From positions 1 through 64,000 of the IMG/VR virus record IMGVR_UViG_3300035665_000001: 64,000 nt of DNA; one strand, written 5' to 3'. Shown piece after piece: positions 39,379-50,681 of the stretch. The position numbers and the translations under genes were made by a program. Each line of letters opens with the position of its first letter. The stretch's first letter is position 1. The notes under the pieces were generated by a model, which saw nothing but the letters and a program-made list of their open reading frames with translations, made no database searches and was not told the origin of the DNA.

Positions 39379-39741
39379 TTATCTTTTTTTCAATAATTTA
39401 TTTTTTACTTCTTGTGTTTCAGTATTATTTTCAGCAACAGTAACCACTGAATCTTCAACTTCGACAGCAATAGTATCAGTGGTAACATCAGCTACTTCTT
39501 CAACTTTAGTAATTTTATCTTCAACTTTTGCTTGTTGTTTAGCAGTTGATTTAACTTCATCAATAACTGGTTCAATTACATCTGGAACCTCACCAACCAA
39601 TCTTAAAACTCGCAAATAACCACCTGTTAACTTTTGATCAACAGTTACTTTTGAACCTTTAAAAAGGGTAACAGTTTTACTCTTCCCAGGAATTGTAAAG
39701 TTAAAAAGTCCAGTTTGTGTACTTTCATATACATAAGCCAT
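39379..39741 (-). CDS. Hypothetical protein
   Basis: AGGAG SD before ATG 39741 (MAYVYES). Confidence 0.7.
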   Translation of the reverse strand: MAYVYESTQTGLFNFTIPGKSKTVTLFKGSKVTVDQKLTGGYLRVLRLVGEVPDVIEPVIDEVKSTAKQQAKVEDKITKVEEVADVTTDTIAVEVEDSVVTVAENNTETQEVKNKLLKKR

Positions 39742-39788
39742 ATTTATTTCTCCTAATTTTATGATATATTTATGATTCAACAAAAAAA

Positions 39789-40133
39789 TTAATTTTCAAT
39801 TAAACTAGTTGTTATTGTATGTAAATATCTTCTGAATTTCGCCTTCTCAGATTTTGCCCTTGAAAGTTCTTTTTCTTGTTGATTCAAATATTTATCATTT
39901 TTTTGTTGATGTGATAATTGTGTTGATGATTTAACAGTTTTAATCGTCACATCTATACTTCTAATTATGCGATCATAAAAATCTAATAGTTCCCTTATTC
40001 GAGATTTTGTTTGTCTAAGTATTTTTTGATTTGATTCTCCAGCAAGAATACTTTTTATTTCTTTTTCAGTAATAAATTTTTTCGTAGCCTCAGCTTCAAT
40101 TTCAGACTTAGGACCACCAACATTAACTATCAT
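39789..40133 (-). CDS. Hypothetical coiled-coil protein
   Basis: ORF with AGGTG SD. Confidence 0.65.
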   Translation of the reverse strand: MIVNVGGPKSEIEAEATKKFITEKEIKSILAGESNQKILRQTKSRIRELLDFYDRIIRSIDVTIKTVKSSTQLSHQQKNDKYLNQQEKELSRAKSEKAKFRRYLHTITTSLIEN

Positions 40134-40143
40134 TTATCACCTA

Positions 40144-40425
40144 TTATTCAAAAATAGTTTTACCTTCACGCATTACTTTACAACCCAATTCATCTCTTGC
40201 AGGTTTTGTAAAAGTTTCACCAGTTTTTGGATTTCTAACTTTTCTATCATTTTTATGTTTTTTAAATACTTTAAATAATGAACCAAATTTAATTTCACCA
40301 CCAGCTTTAACTTCCTCTACAATAACCTCCAAAATACCATCCCAAATACGATCACATTCAGATTTTGAAACTTTTTCTTCACCAATGATTTTTTGTAATT
40401 GTACAACTAACTCTGATTTTGTCAT
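40144..40425 (-). CDS. HU/IHF-family DNA-binding protein
   Basis: MTKSELV...RKVRNPKTGE arm motif. Confidence 0.9.
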   Translation of the reverse strand: MTKSELVVQLQKIIGEEKVSKSECDRIWDGILEVIVEEVKAGGEIKFGSLFKVFKKHKNDRKVRNPKTGETFTKPARDELGCKVMREGKTIFE

Positions 40426-40533
40426 TTTTTTATTCCTTCTCTTTTGTTTAAATTTTATTAGTTAAAATAAGTTGTTTCTTTTATTTTTATTTATATCTTT
40501 TTTCCCGCAAATCTTATAAAATAAACATTTTTT

Positions 40534-41187
40534 TCATAATTTAGTAGTTTTTTTTAAAAAATCTATCAACAGGATGTATGCATATCCAATCGAATGTGGT
40601 TTTTTATATCTATACTTACCATCATTAATACCCAACAGCTTAAATTGCTCATCAAAAACGGGAATTCCATAAGTTTCATCTAAAATTTTTCTATCATTTT
40701 CAGATTTATTTTTTAAAAGTTTATCGGTGTGAATATAATTTTTCATTTTATCATAATTATGCAATGCACCCGGTCTAATAATAGCTATCACAATTGCAAT
40801 ATCTAATACAGATGAAACCTCAAACTCCCGCAAAATAAACGGATATTTGGTTAATTGATACGGAAATTCATAGTTCCAAAGTTGATGCCAATCAATATTA
40901 TTTTCATCGATCAATTTAACGAAAATATCCAAATCCTGTGATGTAATACCATCCAAATAGGTATTGTTTAAAATATCTATCTTTTGGTATTCGCATTTTT
41001 CCATAGTTTTATAATCTAAAACAGCAACACCATTAAATGATGGAACTGTTTTGTAGAAATATACCCCTGCAGGATGTGGTTGTCTATCACCGCGATCGTT
41101 AATAACACATCCACGAATAAGGTTCTTTTTTATATTGTTAGATTCAAGCGATGGAATATCCAAATCTAAATCTGATAATTTAACCAT
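40534..41187 (-). CDS. Minimal DNA polymerase III alpha (DnaE)-like catalytic fragment
   Basis: SDLDLD (DxD), HPAGV, KIDIL (third Asp), AIIRPG and YKKPHSIGY motifs in DnaE order. Confidence 0.8.
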   Translation of the reverse strand: MVKLSDLDLDIPSLESNNIKKNLIRGCVINDRGDRQPHPAGVYFYKTVPSFNGVAVLDYKTMEKCEYQKIDILNNTYLDGITSQDLDIFVKLIDENNIDWHQLWNYEFPYQLTKYPFILREFEVSSVLDIAIVIAIIRPGALHNYDKMKNYIHTDKLLKNKSENDRKILDETYGIPVFDEQFKLLGINDGKYRYKKPHSIGYAYILLIDFLKKTTKL

Positions 41188-41210
41188 ATTTAATTACTCT
41201 CACTACAAAT

Positions 41211-43058
41211 TCACATTCTTGGGTTTACTGATATAGTAGATATACCACGCGATTTAGTAACCATAATAATCTCTTTAACTTTTTCTTTAATTTCCTCTCT
41301 ATGAGAAATCAGATACACTTTCATTTTTTCCTGCTTAGAAACATTCTTAATAAAAGTAAATACCGATTCTAATAAAGTACCATTTATACCACTATCTAAC
41401 ACCTCATCCATAAAAATAGCATCAAATTCAACATTATTTTTCAATTTAAATACTTTCATCAACGCCATCATTAACATAATGTTGCCGATTCTTTTCTCAC
41501 CATTTGATAATGATCCCGGATTAACTTCCTTACCCAATTTCATTACTCTGATTGTAAAATCGGGATTAAATTGTAGATGAATATTATAATCGGGTATCAA
41601 TTTTTTAAAATTTCTAAGAATTTCATTTGTTTGTTTGATATATCTTCTAAGAAATTTTCCCCTATTTTTAGGTTCCTCAGCTATTTTAATATAATTTTTC
41701 AAATCAGTTATAACTTCAACAACTTTATCTATAGTGGATAAATCAATCTCTCGTATAAGTTCTCTATTAGCATCAATTTCAGTTAAAAAATGATTTTCTT
41801 GATTAATAACCTGTTCCAATTCTTTTTTAATGTTTGTTAGCACTATATCAATGTTATCAAGTTCTTTTTTATCAACAGTTAACTCAATCTGATCAAGTGC
41901 ATCTTTTATTTCCTGTAACAGTGATTTTTTTTCCGTTAACGATTTTTTAATTTTTGTTTCCGATTCTTCGTGCTTGGATACACTTTTATCTATCGATTTC
42001 ATTTTCGATTCATATGATTTCAACTTTTCATCACTGGCCAATATCGCAGATGCATCCTGCCACGTTTGTTCACATGTGGGACAAATACTATCTTTTAAAG
42101 ATTTATTTTTTTTCTTTTCACTTTCATATTTTTCAGATATAATTTCAAATTCTCGATTTTCACGCTCAATTGCGGAACATATATCTTTTTGTGCAACTTT
42201 TAATTCAGAAATACTTGCAGATATATTAATCTTATGTTCATTTAACTCATTGACAAAATCATATTTTTCTTTTTCAGTTGCAAAATCAATGCTGGCATAA
42301 AAATCAATTTTGTTATTCAATTCTGCAATCTCTTTTTTTCTTCTGGATTCAAAACGGTCATATGACGTTTGTAATCTTACAATTTGTTCTTGTATTTGCT
42401 CATTGGAATATTTTATTTCTTTTGCACTCGATTCTAAATCTGCAAGTTTTACTTGTTCATCTCGCAATTTATCTTTAATATCCGCTAGTTGCATATTATA
42501 AACATCAAAATTAAAAATATTCTCCAACACCTTTTTCTGGCTAGATGGCAGCATATTTAAAAACGGTTTATTATGTTCCGATGCAACTGAAAATAAAGAT
42601 GTTTGTAAAAAAGTTTCAAAATTCATACGAAACAATTTTTGTATCAACACATCATTATCCTTATCATCGGCTTTAGATATATTATGCCATAAATAACCAT
42701 CATTTGCAGTAATATCAGATACCAATCTATACAGATTTAAAACTTTTGGTTTTCTACCTCTTTCAATTTTATATTTGACTTTTTCAACAAAAAATTCTAA
42801 CTCTACTAACGCATCTTTCCCTTTAATATAATTAACGATTTCATTCGCCTTAACATTTGAAACTGTTTCACCAAAAATAGCATATGTTAATGCTGCCATG
42901 AAGGATGATTTACCCGAACCAATTCTCGAACCCTCAGTATCTTTATCAATACCATCAACCAATATTACCGTAGATGAGAAAGTATTAAAATCCACCTCCT
43001 GCATCGCTCCATAACTATAAAAATTCTGAATTCTCAATTTATCAAACTTAATTCTCAT
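41211..43058 (-). CDS. Recombination ATPase, gp46/SbcC/Rad50-like
   Basis: IQNFYSYG, GSGKSS, CPTC zinc hook, LSNGE signature, FMDEVLD, LISH. Confidence 0.93.
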   Translation of the reverse strand: MRIKFDKLRIQNFYSYGAMQEVDFNTFSSTVILVDGIDKDTEGSRIGSGKSSFMAALTYAIFGETVSNVKANEIVNYIKGKDALVELEFFVEKVKYKIERGRKPKVLNLYRLVSDITANDGYLWHNISKADDKDNDVLIQKLFRMNFETFLQTSLFSVASEHNKPFLNMLPSSQKKVLENIFNFDVYNMQLADIKDKLRDEQVKLADLESSAKEIKYSNEQIQEQIVRLQTSYDRFESRRKKEIAELNNKIDFYASIDFATEKEKYDFVNELNEHKINISASISELKVAQKDICSAIERENREFEIISEKYESEKKKNKSLKDSICPTCEQTWQDASAILASDEKLKSYESKMKSIDKSVSKHEESETKIKKSLTEKKSLLQEIKDALDQIELTVDKKELDNIDIVLTNIKKELEQVINQENHFLTEIDANRELIREIDLSTIDKVVEVITDLKNYIKIAEEPKNRGKFLRRYIKQTNEILRNFKKLIPDYNIHLQFNPDFTIRVMKLGKEVNPGSLSNGEKRIGNIMLMMALMKVFKLKNNVEFDAIFMDEVLDSGINGTLLESVFTFIKNVSKQEKMKVYLISHREEIKEKVKEIIMVTKSRGISTISVNPRM

Positions 43059-43168
43059 ATTATTCCATTCTCAATTCTCAAACAAAACACACAACAAACA
43101 CCACATAATATATTTTTTCAAATTCATACTACCCAAGCAACTATACATCTTTTAATATTGAATCACAA

Positions 43169-44236
43169 CTACTCTTGATACGTCTTCGATAATTCTCTAA
43201 GAAATTTTATTGATTCTCGATCTACAGCACCAACTAAATCTTTATTATTTTTTATCATCTCATTTAATACAAAATCCATATATGATTGATCGGAGTTTAT
43301 TTTAGTAGATGATTCATCGTCAGTATCATCCTCATCGTCACTATCTAGATCATCCCATACAAAATACTGATCATCCAAAACCAAATCATTAATACCATGT
43401 GTTAGCAACAATTTTGATTTCAATTCCTCCAATTCAGAATATTTCAAATTTGTATCTATAATCAGTTTAAGATTATCACCAACAGAAAAAATAGTTGTTA
43501 AATCATCAATTTCCAATAATTCCGAAACCTTAAACCTATACATTCTTGGGTGATGGTATTCTATAAATTCTCTATCACCAGTATTCACATCTAAAATAGT
43601 CCACCCACGTTCATCGGAATCCTCACCATAAAAAAATCTACATATATTTCCAATATATGTTAATTTTCCCTTAGTTTGTTTTTTATGGAAATGTCCTAAG
43701 AACACATGGTTGTACTTTTCAGTAATTGTATTCGCATTAGCACCTTCTTCAGCTTTTATAAACTGATTTAACATAAAACCCTGTACCTCTATATGACCAC
43801 ACATATAATCTGCGATTGGAAATTGGTGATCTTTAATGTATGCATTTGGAAAATACGGTAACATATAAAAATTTTTATTATATATTTCAACTATTTGTGG
43901 TTCATCTACAATCTTAATATTTTTATATCCTGAAAAAATATGTAAGTTATGTCCATTTGAATCGTATGTTTTTTTAGACATATCATGATTACCTGCTAAA
44001 ATATAAACATTATCGAAAGTATCACTAAGTAATTTAAACGCTTTTGCTAAATGATTCAATGTGCTAGTTGATATAGTTTCTTTTATATCTAAAGTATCAC
44101 CCAAATTAATCATAGTAGTTATGCCGTATTTTTTCGCGTGTTCGCACTGCGTACGAACACCATTCAAAATTATTGCATCAAACTTACCATTTGATTTCCC
44201 AAAATGCCAATCCGTACTCATTGTAATTTTTTCCAT
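43169..44236 (-). CDS. Recombination nuclease, gp47/SbcD/Mre11-like
   Basis: DWHFG, LGD, GNHD, GH and GHFH metallophosphoesterase motifs; GGAG SD before ATG 44236. Confidence 0.93.
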   Translation of the reverse strand: MEKITMSTDWHFGKSNGKFDAIILNGVRTQCEHAKKYGITTMINLGDTLDIKETISTSTLNHLAKAFKLLSDTFDNVYILAGNHDMSKKTYDSNGHNLHIFSGYKNIKIVDEPQIVEIYNKNFYMLPYFPNAYIKDHQFPIADYMCGHIEVQGFMLNQFIKAEEGANANTITEKYNHVFLGHFHKKQTKGKLTYIGNICRFFYGEDSDERGWTILDVNTGDREFIEYHHPRMYRFKVSELLEIDDLTTIFSVGDNLKLIIDTNLKYSELEELKSKLLLTHGINDLVLDDQYFVWDDLDSDDEDDTDDESSTKINSDQSYMDFVLNEMIKNNKDLVGAVDRESIKFLRELSKTYQE

Positions 44237-44472
44237 AATCTCCTCGCAAAGCAAACAAAATAACGTGTTGTAGATCATTCATACAATACATTATACATTC
44301 TTTGTTCAATTATTATACCTTATTATTAAGGCATTTTTTTCCCAATTACGACATTTTTTTTCATATCACCGCTACCACAAATCAAGTAAATAACTTACAT
44401 TTCTAATTTCCAATATGCTTTCTGTGAAATTTATAAATAGTTTTAATTATAATAATTAGTGGAGAAAATTCA

Positions 44473-45453
44473 ATGGCACAAAATTTTGATAATACCCAAA
44501 AAATTGTTGACATTCATGGAAATACAGTCACGTATATAAATCCATCAAAAATTGTTAGTGATAAATTTGGATTGAAGCTTATTGGCAACAACTTTAATGA
44601 TGATGCCGAAATAAAAGAGGTAATTAATGAAAATTTTATCGTATTAACACAAAACTTTTATGATGAAACACCACCCACAAATCCTGTTTTAGGACAAAAT
44701 TGGTGTAGTTCAACAGATAACTTAACATACAAATGGTTTGGGCAAAATTGGGTGCAATCCGATAAAGATGTAACTTATGATTCATTTATGTTTATTAAAT
44801 ATGATATGACAAATGTTAAAGATTTTGTTCTAGATGAATTTGTATTTAATTTTACTATGAACAACATAAAGTTATACAACCAAAATATGTCAGATGTTAA
44901 ATTTGTTATCGATCCGTTCGATTCAAGAAAACTTATTATCCGAGATAAAAATGTAACGATGCTTTACATTTTGGTTTTTCATCCTAAAGACAGGATTTCC
45001 AACCCAATTTTAAATAAAAAACTGGAAATATTTACAGCATCAGGACAAACACAATTCGATATAAGTACATTTTTAGACAACAATGAAATCAATACCTTAT
45101 CAGTAGCTTTAAATGATACCATGTTAAAAAATAATGAATTTTTTATTGCTAATAATATTTTAAACATTGATGGTTTAATTTATAGAGTTAGAAAAGATAA
45201 TAAATTAACTGTTTGGAAATATGGTGGAAGTTTAACTGGATACTATTCATCTTTTAAAATTCATACAAGTAGAAGTGAATCATTTTTAAGAATACCAAAA
45301 TTTTTCAAAAACATTGAACAATTGGAATTAATAGATGTGGACAATAAAACCACTATAAACCCAATTGAAACTATTGAATATGACAATTTTGTACATTTCG
45401 AATTTTTAAATAAAAAAAATGTTGTTGCAAATATCCACGCCAGAATAATTTAA
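44473..45453 (+). CDS. Baseplate/tail structural protein
   Basis: LKLIG...NENFIVL.QNF...PPTNPVLGQNW motif seen in jumbo-phage tail proteins; late promoter at 44432-44439. Confidence 0.6.
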   Translation: MAQNFDNTQKIVDIHGNTVTYINPSKIVSDKFGLKLIGNNFNDDAEIKEVINENFIVLTQNFYDETPPTNPVLGQNWCSSTDNLTYKWFGQNWVQSDKDVTYDSFMFIKYDMTNVKDFVLDEFVFNFTMNNIKLYNQNMSDVKFVIDPFDSRKLIIRDKNVTMLYILVFHPKDRISNPILNKKLEIFTASGQTQFDISTFLDNNEINTLSVALNDTMLKNNEFFIANNILNIDGLIYRVRKDNKLTVWKYGGSLTGYYSSFKIHTSRSESFLRIPKFFKNIEQLELIDVDNKTTINPIETIEYDNFVHFEFLNKKNVVANIHARII

Positions 45454-45469
45454 AAGGAGTTACAACTTT

Positions 45470-45856
45470 ATGATTTTCCCATTAAATGCTAATAAAATTG
45501 AACAATTAGAATTAGACCCAGAAAAAGTAATAAACGGATATATCTGGTACAATACAGTTGAAAAAGTATATAAAACCTGGATCGATGGTGTGTTGAATGT
45601 ATTCATTACTGATCACACTGTAAATTCAATAATGGTTGACAAATTATTGTTGCCACATCAATTTACTATTTCATTTTCAAATGCACATAGTGTCATCATC
45701 AAACATAATAAAAAAACAAAAAATTTTAACTACAATGTGTATGATACTATCGATAATTGCAATCTATACTGTTCTCTCGAAATTATTGATGAAAATGAGG
45801 TAAACATTGATTTCGTAGATCCAGTTACAGGTCACATCTTTATGTATTTTGAATAA
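45470..45856 (+). CDS. Small structural protein
   Basis: G.IWYNT motif and IKHN domain similar to the C-terminus of the next gene. Confidence 0.6.
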   Translation: MIFPLNANKIEQLELDPEKVINGYIWYNTVEKVYKTWIDGVLNVFITDHTVNSIMVDKLLLPHQFTISFSNAHSVIIKHNKKTKNFNYNVYDTIDNCNLYCSLEIIDENEVNIDFVDPVTGHIFMYFE

Positions 45857-45920
45857 GATTATTCAACGTAGGTAATAAATAAATAAAAACTCCAACTTAA
45901 TTAATTAAAGGTGAACAATA

Positions 45921-47894
45921 ATGATTAAAAGTAAATTACATAATCCTATAATCGCACAGAATTCGCATATCGAAAACGCGGTTGTACAAAAAGTAAATAA
46001 TGATAACGAACTGGTATTTTCAAACCTTGATTCGATTACACCCGTCGTTCCAGAAACTGGAAGAATTTGGTTCAACACCGATAAAGGTCAATTTCATTTT
46101 GCAAACGTAGGTAATGGTGGTAATGGTAAAAATTATGTTGACGAATTTTTATCAAGAACTGATTTAAGAGCACAAGAAGTAGTAAGTAAAATTGATTTTC
46201 AAGACACTTTAAAAATCAATGATAAAACTGGTGGCAATATCTTGACAGTTGATTCTACTAGCAAAGACATCCATATTACCGGTAATTCTTTAAGTGCAAC
46301 TTTATCTTCAAACACAACAACTACAATTGGTGGAACAAACACCCTAAATGTAACTGGTGATGAAACAGAAACATTTGGTAGCAAAAAAACTGAATCAGTA
46401 ACATCAGATTCTACTCTTACCATTGGTGGAAAATACACTACTATTGTCACAGATGATGTTTCAGAAACATACAGTTCAAACAAAAGTGTTGCAACAACTA
46501 AAGATTATACTACTACAGTAGGTGGAAAATACACTTCATTGGTAACAGGTGTAGCTGCAGAAACATTTTCATCATCATTATCAACCACAGTAACAGGAAA
46601 TTTTGTTGAAACCGTTGGTGGTACAGTTACTATAACAGTTGCAGGTAATGTTACTGAGAATTTTTCTTCTAACCAACAAACCAATATTACTTCCAATTTA
46701 GGTATCAAAGTTGGTGCAGTGGCAACTTTAACAGACGGTTCTGGAAATACTAAAGTCGAAGCAAATAATACAAACAATACATTAACTGTAAACTATGCTA
46801 CTATCAATATTAATGGACAAACAGAAACCCATAAATTGAGTAACAAATTTACAATTAATGATGGTTTGAGCGATAAATTAATTATTGACAATTCAAATGA
46901 TAAAATAACTGCTATCTATGATACTATTGAAAATACATCAAATATAATCAAATCTAATGTTGCTAGTATTTTTGCATTAACAGATAGTTCAAACAATGAT
47001 AAAATTATTGCAAACCACGTTAATAACTCATTAAACATACATTATGCTGAAACAACCATTACAGGCAATGCAACTGTTGATGGTAATATGTTAATTACTG
47101 GTGATTTAACTATTGGTGGTCAAACTACAAAAGTTGATGTTGCCTCAGAAAATTTAAGAATTGCTGACAACGTAATCATTTTAAACAGTAATTTAACAGA
47201 AGCAACCGATCCAAGATTAGCATCAGCAATCGTGGATGGCGTAGATGTTGATTATAATGCTGGGGTTGCAATTAATAGAGGCAGTCAAGGTATTCTGGAT
47301 TTAATCAAATGGGTTGAATCTACCGATACATCATCAAATGTCACCTTACGTGACGCAGTTGCAAAAACTTCTGTTTGGAATTATGAAGCTGCTACACCCG
47401 CATATGAGTTACACCAAATAATCAATGCATATTCATTAGCAAGAAAAGTTAAAGATAAATCAGGTACACATTGGGTTGGTTATGATGGTCATGAAGGTTT
47501 AAATTATTCGGCTGCAAAAGCTGCTGGTGCAACTACAGAAGAAGCGTTAGATTATTCATTTAAATTAGATGCAGATTTACTTGATAATTCTGTTGATGCT
47601 ATCGTTGAAGAACTTGATAATCTTAAATTTGATAGTAAAAATTCAAAAAGAGTTGGACAAACCCCATCAGTAGGAACTGAATTTACTATCACTCATAACT
47701 TAGGAACAGTTTATGTAGATGTTAGAACTCAAAGAGAGGATGACGGTAAATGGTATTTTGATATTTTGCCTATTCAAGTAATTGATGCAAACACTATCAA
47801 AATTGTTGCTTCAGAAGCTACTAAAATTAGATATATGATTTCTGCCATTGAAGGGTTTGATGTTAATCAAGCCACAGAATTAGTTATCATTTAA
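45921..47894 (+). CDS. Virion structural protein with gp5-C-like beta-helix repeats
   Basis: Octad repeats T.TVGG/VTG..TET (~46300-46740); C-terminal ITHNLGT domain. Confidence 0.7.
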   Translation: MIKSKLHNPIIAQNSHIENAVVQKVNNDNELVFSNLDSITPVVPETGRIWFNTDKGQFHFANVGNGGNGKNYVDEFLSRTDLRAQEVVSKIDFQDTLKINDKTGGNILTVDSTSKDIHITGNSLSATLSSNTTTTIGGTNTLNVTGDETETFGSKKTESVTSDSTLTIGGKYTTIVTDDVSETYSSNKSVATTKDYTTTVGGKYTSLVTGVAAETFSSSLSTTVTGNFVETVGGTVTITVAGNVTENFSSNQQTNITSNLGIKVGAVATLTDGSGNTKVEANNTNNTLTVNYATININGQTETHKLSNKFTINDGLSDKLIIDNSNDKITAIYDTIENTSNIIKSNVASIFALTDSSNNDKIIANHVNNSLNIHYAETTITGNATVDGNMLITGDLTIGGQTTKVDVASENLRIADNVIILNSNLTEATDPRLASAIVDGVDVDYNAGVAINRGSQGILDLIKWVESTDTSSNVTLRDAVAKTSVWNYEAATPAYELHQIINAYSLARKVKDKSGTHWVGYDGHEGLNYSAAKAAGATTEEALDYSFKLDADLLDNSVDAIVEELDNLKFDSKNSKRVGQTPSVGTEFTITHNLGTVYVDVRTQREDDGKWYFDILPIQVIDANTIKIVASEATKIRYMISAIEGFDVNQATELVII

Positions 47895-47908
47895 TAAAAT
47901 CACTTTTT

Positions 47909-47946
47909 TAAAAGTCCACTAAATTGATTTTAGTGGACTTTTTTTT
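47909..47946 (+). terminator. Rho-independent terminator
   Basis: AAAGTCCACTAAA-loop-TTTAGTGGACTTT plus T-run. Confidence 0.85.
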
Positions 47947-48069
47947 GCAAAAAGTTTTATTTATAAAATTATTAAAAAAATAAAAATAACGATTTATAAA
48001 AAAAAGGTAATTTTATTAGATTACTATAAATAAAATTTGAAAATAAAACAAAAATAATTATTAAGGAGA

Positions 48070-50643
48070 ATGAAAATGTTAGTAGGCGTAGAAACACAAC
48101 TTCTAGACGCATCACCATCGTATCCAGGTGGAGATTCGTCATTTATACCAACTATTGTTACATTTGCAGAAAAAGGTCCTGTCAACCAACCTGTTTTAGT
48201 TGGTTCTGCGATGGAATGTTTAGAAATTTTTGGTGAAGCTATTTTAGCTAAGAAACAATATGGTATGTTTGCAGCATATGAATTTTTTAAACAAGGTTCA
48301 GGTGCATGGATTGTAAGAGCAGGTGCTGATCAAGCCGGTTATGCTGAAACAACTATCAAAGCTAGAGATGGTAAACCATTGTTGACTGTTAGATATAAAA
48401 CATCAGGCGAATTTGGTAATTCATTAAGAGCTGTATTCCAAGACATCAACCCAATTAATTTTGATGGTGTTGTTACTATGCAGGTTGTTATTGAAATGAT
48501 AAACCCATTAACACCAGATGAATGGGCATTGACTGAAAAAACCCCATATCCAGCATATATTCCAGTTCCTGGAAAAAACAGATTCAATGTTGACTTTGCA
48601 ACTCAAAGAGTTTATACTGCAATTGATGATGAAGATCAAGTAAACCATTTTGGTGAATATTTGTATGATGCAAAAACTGATAAATGTATCAAACAAGTAA
48701 ATGAAATCGTTGCAAAACAACAAACTGAAGATTTTATGTTTATTTTTGAACGTGATCCATTTACATCAACTATTTTAATTGAAAAATTAAAAGCTACTGT
48801 AAATTTTGCAGGCGGTTCAAATGCAATTGAAACAGCTTGGGCACCAATTTTCAACTTAGCTGGTTTCAAAAAATATGATGCTGCAAGAGCTGAATTCAGA
48901 GCAGAATCAGATAAATATACAATGGCTAAAAATGAATATGTACAATTACCAATCAATGTTCAAAAATATGTCAAAGACAACAACATCTTAGTTATTGGAG
49001 ATTTAACTCTCAGAGGTATGATGGAAGTTGTTTATGGTGATAAATTAAAAGATTGGGGTGTTTACAATGGTTTTGATACAACTGTAGGTTCAGTAGCTTA
49101 TGCAACAGCTTATCCAGATGTTAAAAATCCAGCGGTAAAAGATACAGACACAGTTAAGTTAACAGACATCAATGGTGTTGATACCGATGTTCAAGTTGGT
49201 GATATTAGAAAACATGTAATGCCTTTGGGTGGCGATGTTACTAAACACAATTATTACTTATCAACTGCTGAAGATAAATTCTTAACACAAGAATTATTTG
49301 CTAAAGATTGTCCTCAGGTTGCTGGTGGTCCAGAAAGTTTGGCACCAATTGAAGGGACTGACCATTATTATAATGTTACTGTTCAATTCTCAAATGCTGC
49401 ACAAGTATTAGCAGAAATTATTGAAAAAATGAATAACATTAAAAGAGATCCTGCAAACCAAGCATATAGAGTTGATGCAATTTCACCAGGTGAATGGGGT
49501 AACAATTACCAGGTATCTATCGATTATAATGTATCTGTAGATGAAGTAACATTCCACGTATTCCAAGAAAGAGGTCCAAACTTAGTTGAAGTTGAAAATG
49601 GTGTTTCGCAATCAAATAAAGCTGATAGAATGGCATTTAAAAACATCAAAATTAGTATTGCGACACCTGTTGACCCAACAAACACACAAACTATTCCTGT
49701 GAATGATGTTGATCCTGATACAGGTGCAGAATTACCTATGCCTTTGATGGGTGGTGCTGATATGTTTACAGAAAAAGATTACCAAAATGATGATAAACTA
49801 GCTCCTTACATCGCAGGTTCAGTTGCACATCAAACTGGTGTTTGGGCAGTACAAAACTTTGAAGAATTTGCATATAAAGCATTAGCTTGTCCTTATTTCT
49901 CACAATTTGGAATGGTATCTGGTGAAATGGTTTCTTTAGCAGAAAATAGAAGAGATTTCCATTGTATTATTGATACACCAGACGTTACAGCTGCATCAGT
50001 TGTAAACTGGAGATTGGATGGTAATCACAACTCTAAATTTGAATCGATTTACTTCCCTTGGTTGATGAAATTAGATCCATACACTAAAAAAGTTGTACCA
50101 ACACCTCCATCTGGTTCTGTGTTACAATCTATTGCCTTAACACAGAAAAATGGTAAAATTTGTGATGCACCTGCTGGTACAAATAGAGGGGTTATCTTTG
50201 ATGCTCAAGCAATTTCTAAAGACATCAAACTTTCACAAGTTACAAGAGATAGATTGTATGGAATGGGTGTTAACCCAATTGTAAAAGGTTTAACAACTGG
50301 TATTTGTATTATGGGTCAAAAAACCACCTATGCAAAAACATCACCAATGCAAAAAATTGGTACAATGCTTATGATTGAGCAAATTGTAAGAGATTTAACA
50401 TTATCTGGTAAAAATTGGTTGTTTGATTTATCAATTCCATCACTTTGGTTAAATATCCAAAATTCATTCCAATCGTATCTAAACACATATGTATCAAGTG
50501 GTTGTTTAGCTGAAGCATCTGCTAACGTAAGTGCGGCATATAACCCACCAATCGTATTGGCTCAGTCAAAATTGAATGCACTGGTGGCAATTAAACCAAG
50601 TCCTTACATGGAACATTTGATCATCCCAATTTCGGTCAGCTGA
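48070..50643 (+). CDS. Contractile tail sheath protein (gp18-like)
   Basis: FAEKGPVNQPVLV..FG; YFPW, PPSG, APAGTNRG, RDRLYGMGVNPI, GQKT; late promoter at 48025-48032. Confidence 0.93.
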   Translation: MKMLVGVETQLLDASPSYPGGDSSFIPTIVTFAEKGPVNQPVLVGSAMECLEIFGEAILAKKQYGMFAAYEFFKQGSGAWIVRAGADQAGYAETTIKARDGKPLLTVRYKTSGEFGNSLRAVFQDINPINFDGVVTMQVVIEMINPLTPDEWALTEKTPYPAYIPVPGKNRFNVDFATQRVYTAIDDEDQVNHFGEYLYDAKTDKCIKQVNEIVAKQQTEDFMFIFERDPFTSTILIEKLKATVNFAGGSNAIETAWAPIFNLAGFKKYDAARAEFRAESDKYTMAKNEYVQLPINVQKYVKDNNILVIGDLTLRGMMEVVYGDKLKDWGVYNGFDTTVGSVAYATAYPDVKNPAVKDTDTVKLTDINGVDTDVQVGDIRKHVMPLGGDVTKHNYYLSTAEDKFLTQELFAKDCPQVAGGPESLAPIEGTDHYYNVTVQFSNAAQVLAEIIEKMNNIKRDPANQAYRVDAISPGEWGNNYQVSIDYNVSVDEVTFHVFQERGPNLVEVENGVSQSNKADRMAFKNIKISIATPVDPTNTQTIPVNDVDPDTGAELPMPLMGGADMFTEKDYQNDDKLAPYIAGSVAHQTGVWAVQNFEEFAYKALACPYFSQFGMVSGEMVSLAENRRDFHCIIDTPDVTAASVVNWRLDGNHNSKFESIYFPWLMKLDPYTKKVVPTPPSGSVLQSIALTQKNGKICDAPAGTNRGVIFDAQAISKDIKLSQVTRDRLYGMGVNPIVKGLTTGICIMGQKTTYAKTSPMQKIGTMLMIEQIVRDLTLSGKNWLFDLSIPSLWLNIQNSFQSYLNTYVSSGCLAEASANVSAAYNPPIVLAQSKLNALVAIKPSPYMEHLIIPISVS

Positions 50644-50681
50644 GGTAAATCAATAACTTAGGAAGCCTTTTTTGGTGAAAT

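Noticed and set aside
50648-50660. Isolated IHF consensus AATCAATAACTTA
   Set aside because: A single match is expected by chance in such an AT-rich genome.
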